Shown: in pieces, positions 62,908-64,000 of the stretch | Numbering within the stretch: the stretch's first letter is position 1 | Layout: every line of letters begins with the position of its first letter | NCBI GenBank assembly: GCA_036918135.1 | Contig: JBALDB010000056.1 | Location: 384,001 to 448,000 of the forward strand | DNA from: Nostoc sp. | GTDB taxonomy: Bacteria; Cyanobacteriota; Cyanobacteriia; Cyanobacteriales; Nostocaceae | Direction: 5' to 3' | DNA length: 64,000 bases | Program-made: the position numbers and the translations under genes | Notes under the pieces: generated by a model | Database searches by the model: none | What the model was told of the DNA's origin: nothing | The model's input: the letters and a program-made list of their open reading frames with translations, nothing else

Positions 62908-64000
62908 TTAAATATTCTTAGGTAGTTGGACAGTGAATAAACTGCCTTTACCTACTTCAGATACGACTTGGATAGTTCCTGTATGGGCTTCCACAATTCG
63001 GTGGGATAAATGTAGTCCTAAGCCGCTACCTGAACGTTTGTTTCTACCTTGGCGAAATCGCTCGAAAATTGTTGTTTGGTCTTCAGGCGCAATTCCATAT
63101 CCTGTATCTTCTACCTCAATTGTTACCCAATCTTGATGTTGAGAATTGAGTGATTTTTCCCAAATGCGGATTGTTATGCCTCCTGTATCTGTAAATTTGA
63201 TGGCATTTGCAATCAAGTTGTATAAGACTCGTCTGAGTTCGAGTCGATCGCCCATAATTATACCAGCATTTTTTGCCTCTGCGTCTAATAGACTGGTATC
63301 TATTTTTAAATTCAAGCCTTTTTCATTAGTTAGAGGTGTGATTTCACTGACCACTTCTTGAGCGATTTCTGGCAAATCGCACACCTCCCAATTCAAAGTT
63401 TTTTTACCTGCTTCAAAGCGATAAACTTCTAACAGAGTGTTCACCATCAGCATCAAATTTTGGTTACTGCGAATCATCACCGCGATCGCTTTTTTCATTT
63501 CCGGCGAAATTTTGCAGAATGTTTCCATCTCGAACAAATTCAACATTCGATCGGCGGCTACCAACGGTGTTCGCAAATCATGAGTCAGACGGGAAACAAA
63601 GTCTTCTCGTTGGCGTGCCATTTTTTGTTGTTCGTCAAGACTGTGCTTGAGGCGCAACAGCGATCGCACTCTAGCCAAAAGTTCATCGGTATCAAATGGT
63701 TTGCGAATAAAGTCATCAGCACCAGCATCCAAACCTTCAACAACGCTGGATTCGTGAAAGGCAGTAATTAGCAGAATTGGGATATAACTACTAATTGCAC
63801 GGTTATTACGAATACGACGCGTAACCTCATAACCATCTATCCCTGGCATCATTACATCTAGCAAAATCAAATCTGGTGGAGATTGTTCAATTTTCTGCAA
63901 AGCCTTTATTCCATCTGAAGCCAAATCAATTTCATAACCCTCACTTTCTAAAATTGTTTGCACCAAAATGAGATTATCTCGAGTATCATCAACAGCGAGA
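62908..64000 (-). CDS. Hybrid REC-HisKA-HATPase kinase; 5' end extends beyond the window
   Basis: LAVDD..LLDVMMP REC domain; THDLRTP; NAIKFT; GSGLGL. Confidence 0.95.
   Translation of the reverse strand, partial: LAVDDTRDNLILVQTILESEGYEIDLASDGIKALQKIEQSPPDLILLDVMMPGIDGYEVTRRIRNNRAISSYIPILLITAFHESSVVEGLDAGADDFIRKPFDTDELLARVRSLLRLKHSLDEQQKMARQREDFVSRLTHDLRTPLVAADRMLNLFEMETFCKISPEMKKAIAVMIRSNQNLMLMVNTLLEVYRFEAGKKTLNWEVCDLPEIAQEVVSEITPLTNEKGLNLKIDTSLLDAEAKNAGIIMGDRLELRRVLYNLIANAIKFTDTGGITIRIWEKSLNSQHQDWVTIEVEDTGYGIAPEDQTTIFERFRQGRNKRSGSGLGLHLSHRIVEAHTGTIQVVSEVGKGSLFTVQLPKNI

Noticed and set aside
1..64000. Frequent GCGATCGC octamers as a special signal
   Set aside because: This is the well-known genome-wide cyanobacterial HIP1. 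Its presence across the glucan locus argues against a very recent foreign origin.

Overview
64 kb of a filamentous heterocyst-type cyanobacterial chromosome (Nostoc-like). This is inferred from very frequent HIP1 GCGATCGC octamers, STRR heptamer repeats, small dispersed repeats/MITEs and a CAAD-containing ValRS. In order, the window holds: (1) an MFS gene, a TetR gene and a HlyD/ABC-2 efflux operon followed by an SBP56 gene; (2) a ~22 kb locus (9.9-32.2 kb) with three DUF3131 glycoside-hydrolase-like domains, a PilZ-less cellulose-synthase-like GT2, a PIG-L deacetylase, a partner-switching triad, two hybrid histidine kinases, a Rab-like small GTPase beside a longin/roadblock-like-TM-BON-OmpA protein, and an outer-membrane barrel; (3) housekeeping and metabolic genes (recN, ABC1 kinase, valS, crtR-like, lipid kinase, DUF1611/epimerase, copA/copZ, rtcB); (4) a tract with several decayed genes (51.5-60.5 kb); (5) an ORF-free region (60.8-62.6 kb) with a ~150-bp-period array of promoter + variable ~25-30 nt + terminator units, i.e. 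a candidate array of small RNA genes, downstream of a hybrid kinase. No rRNA, tRNA or CRISPR-cas genes were seen. All protein family calls come from recognised motifs, not database searches.
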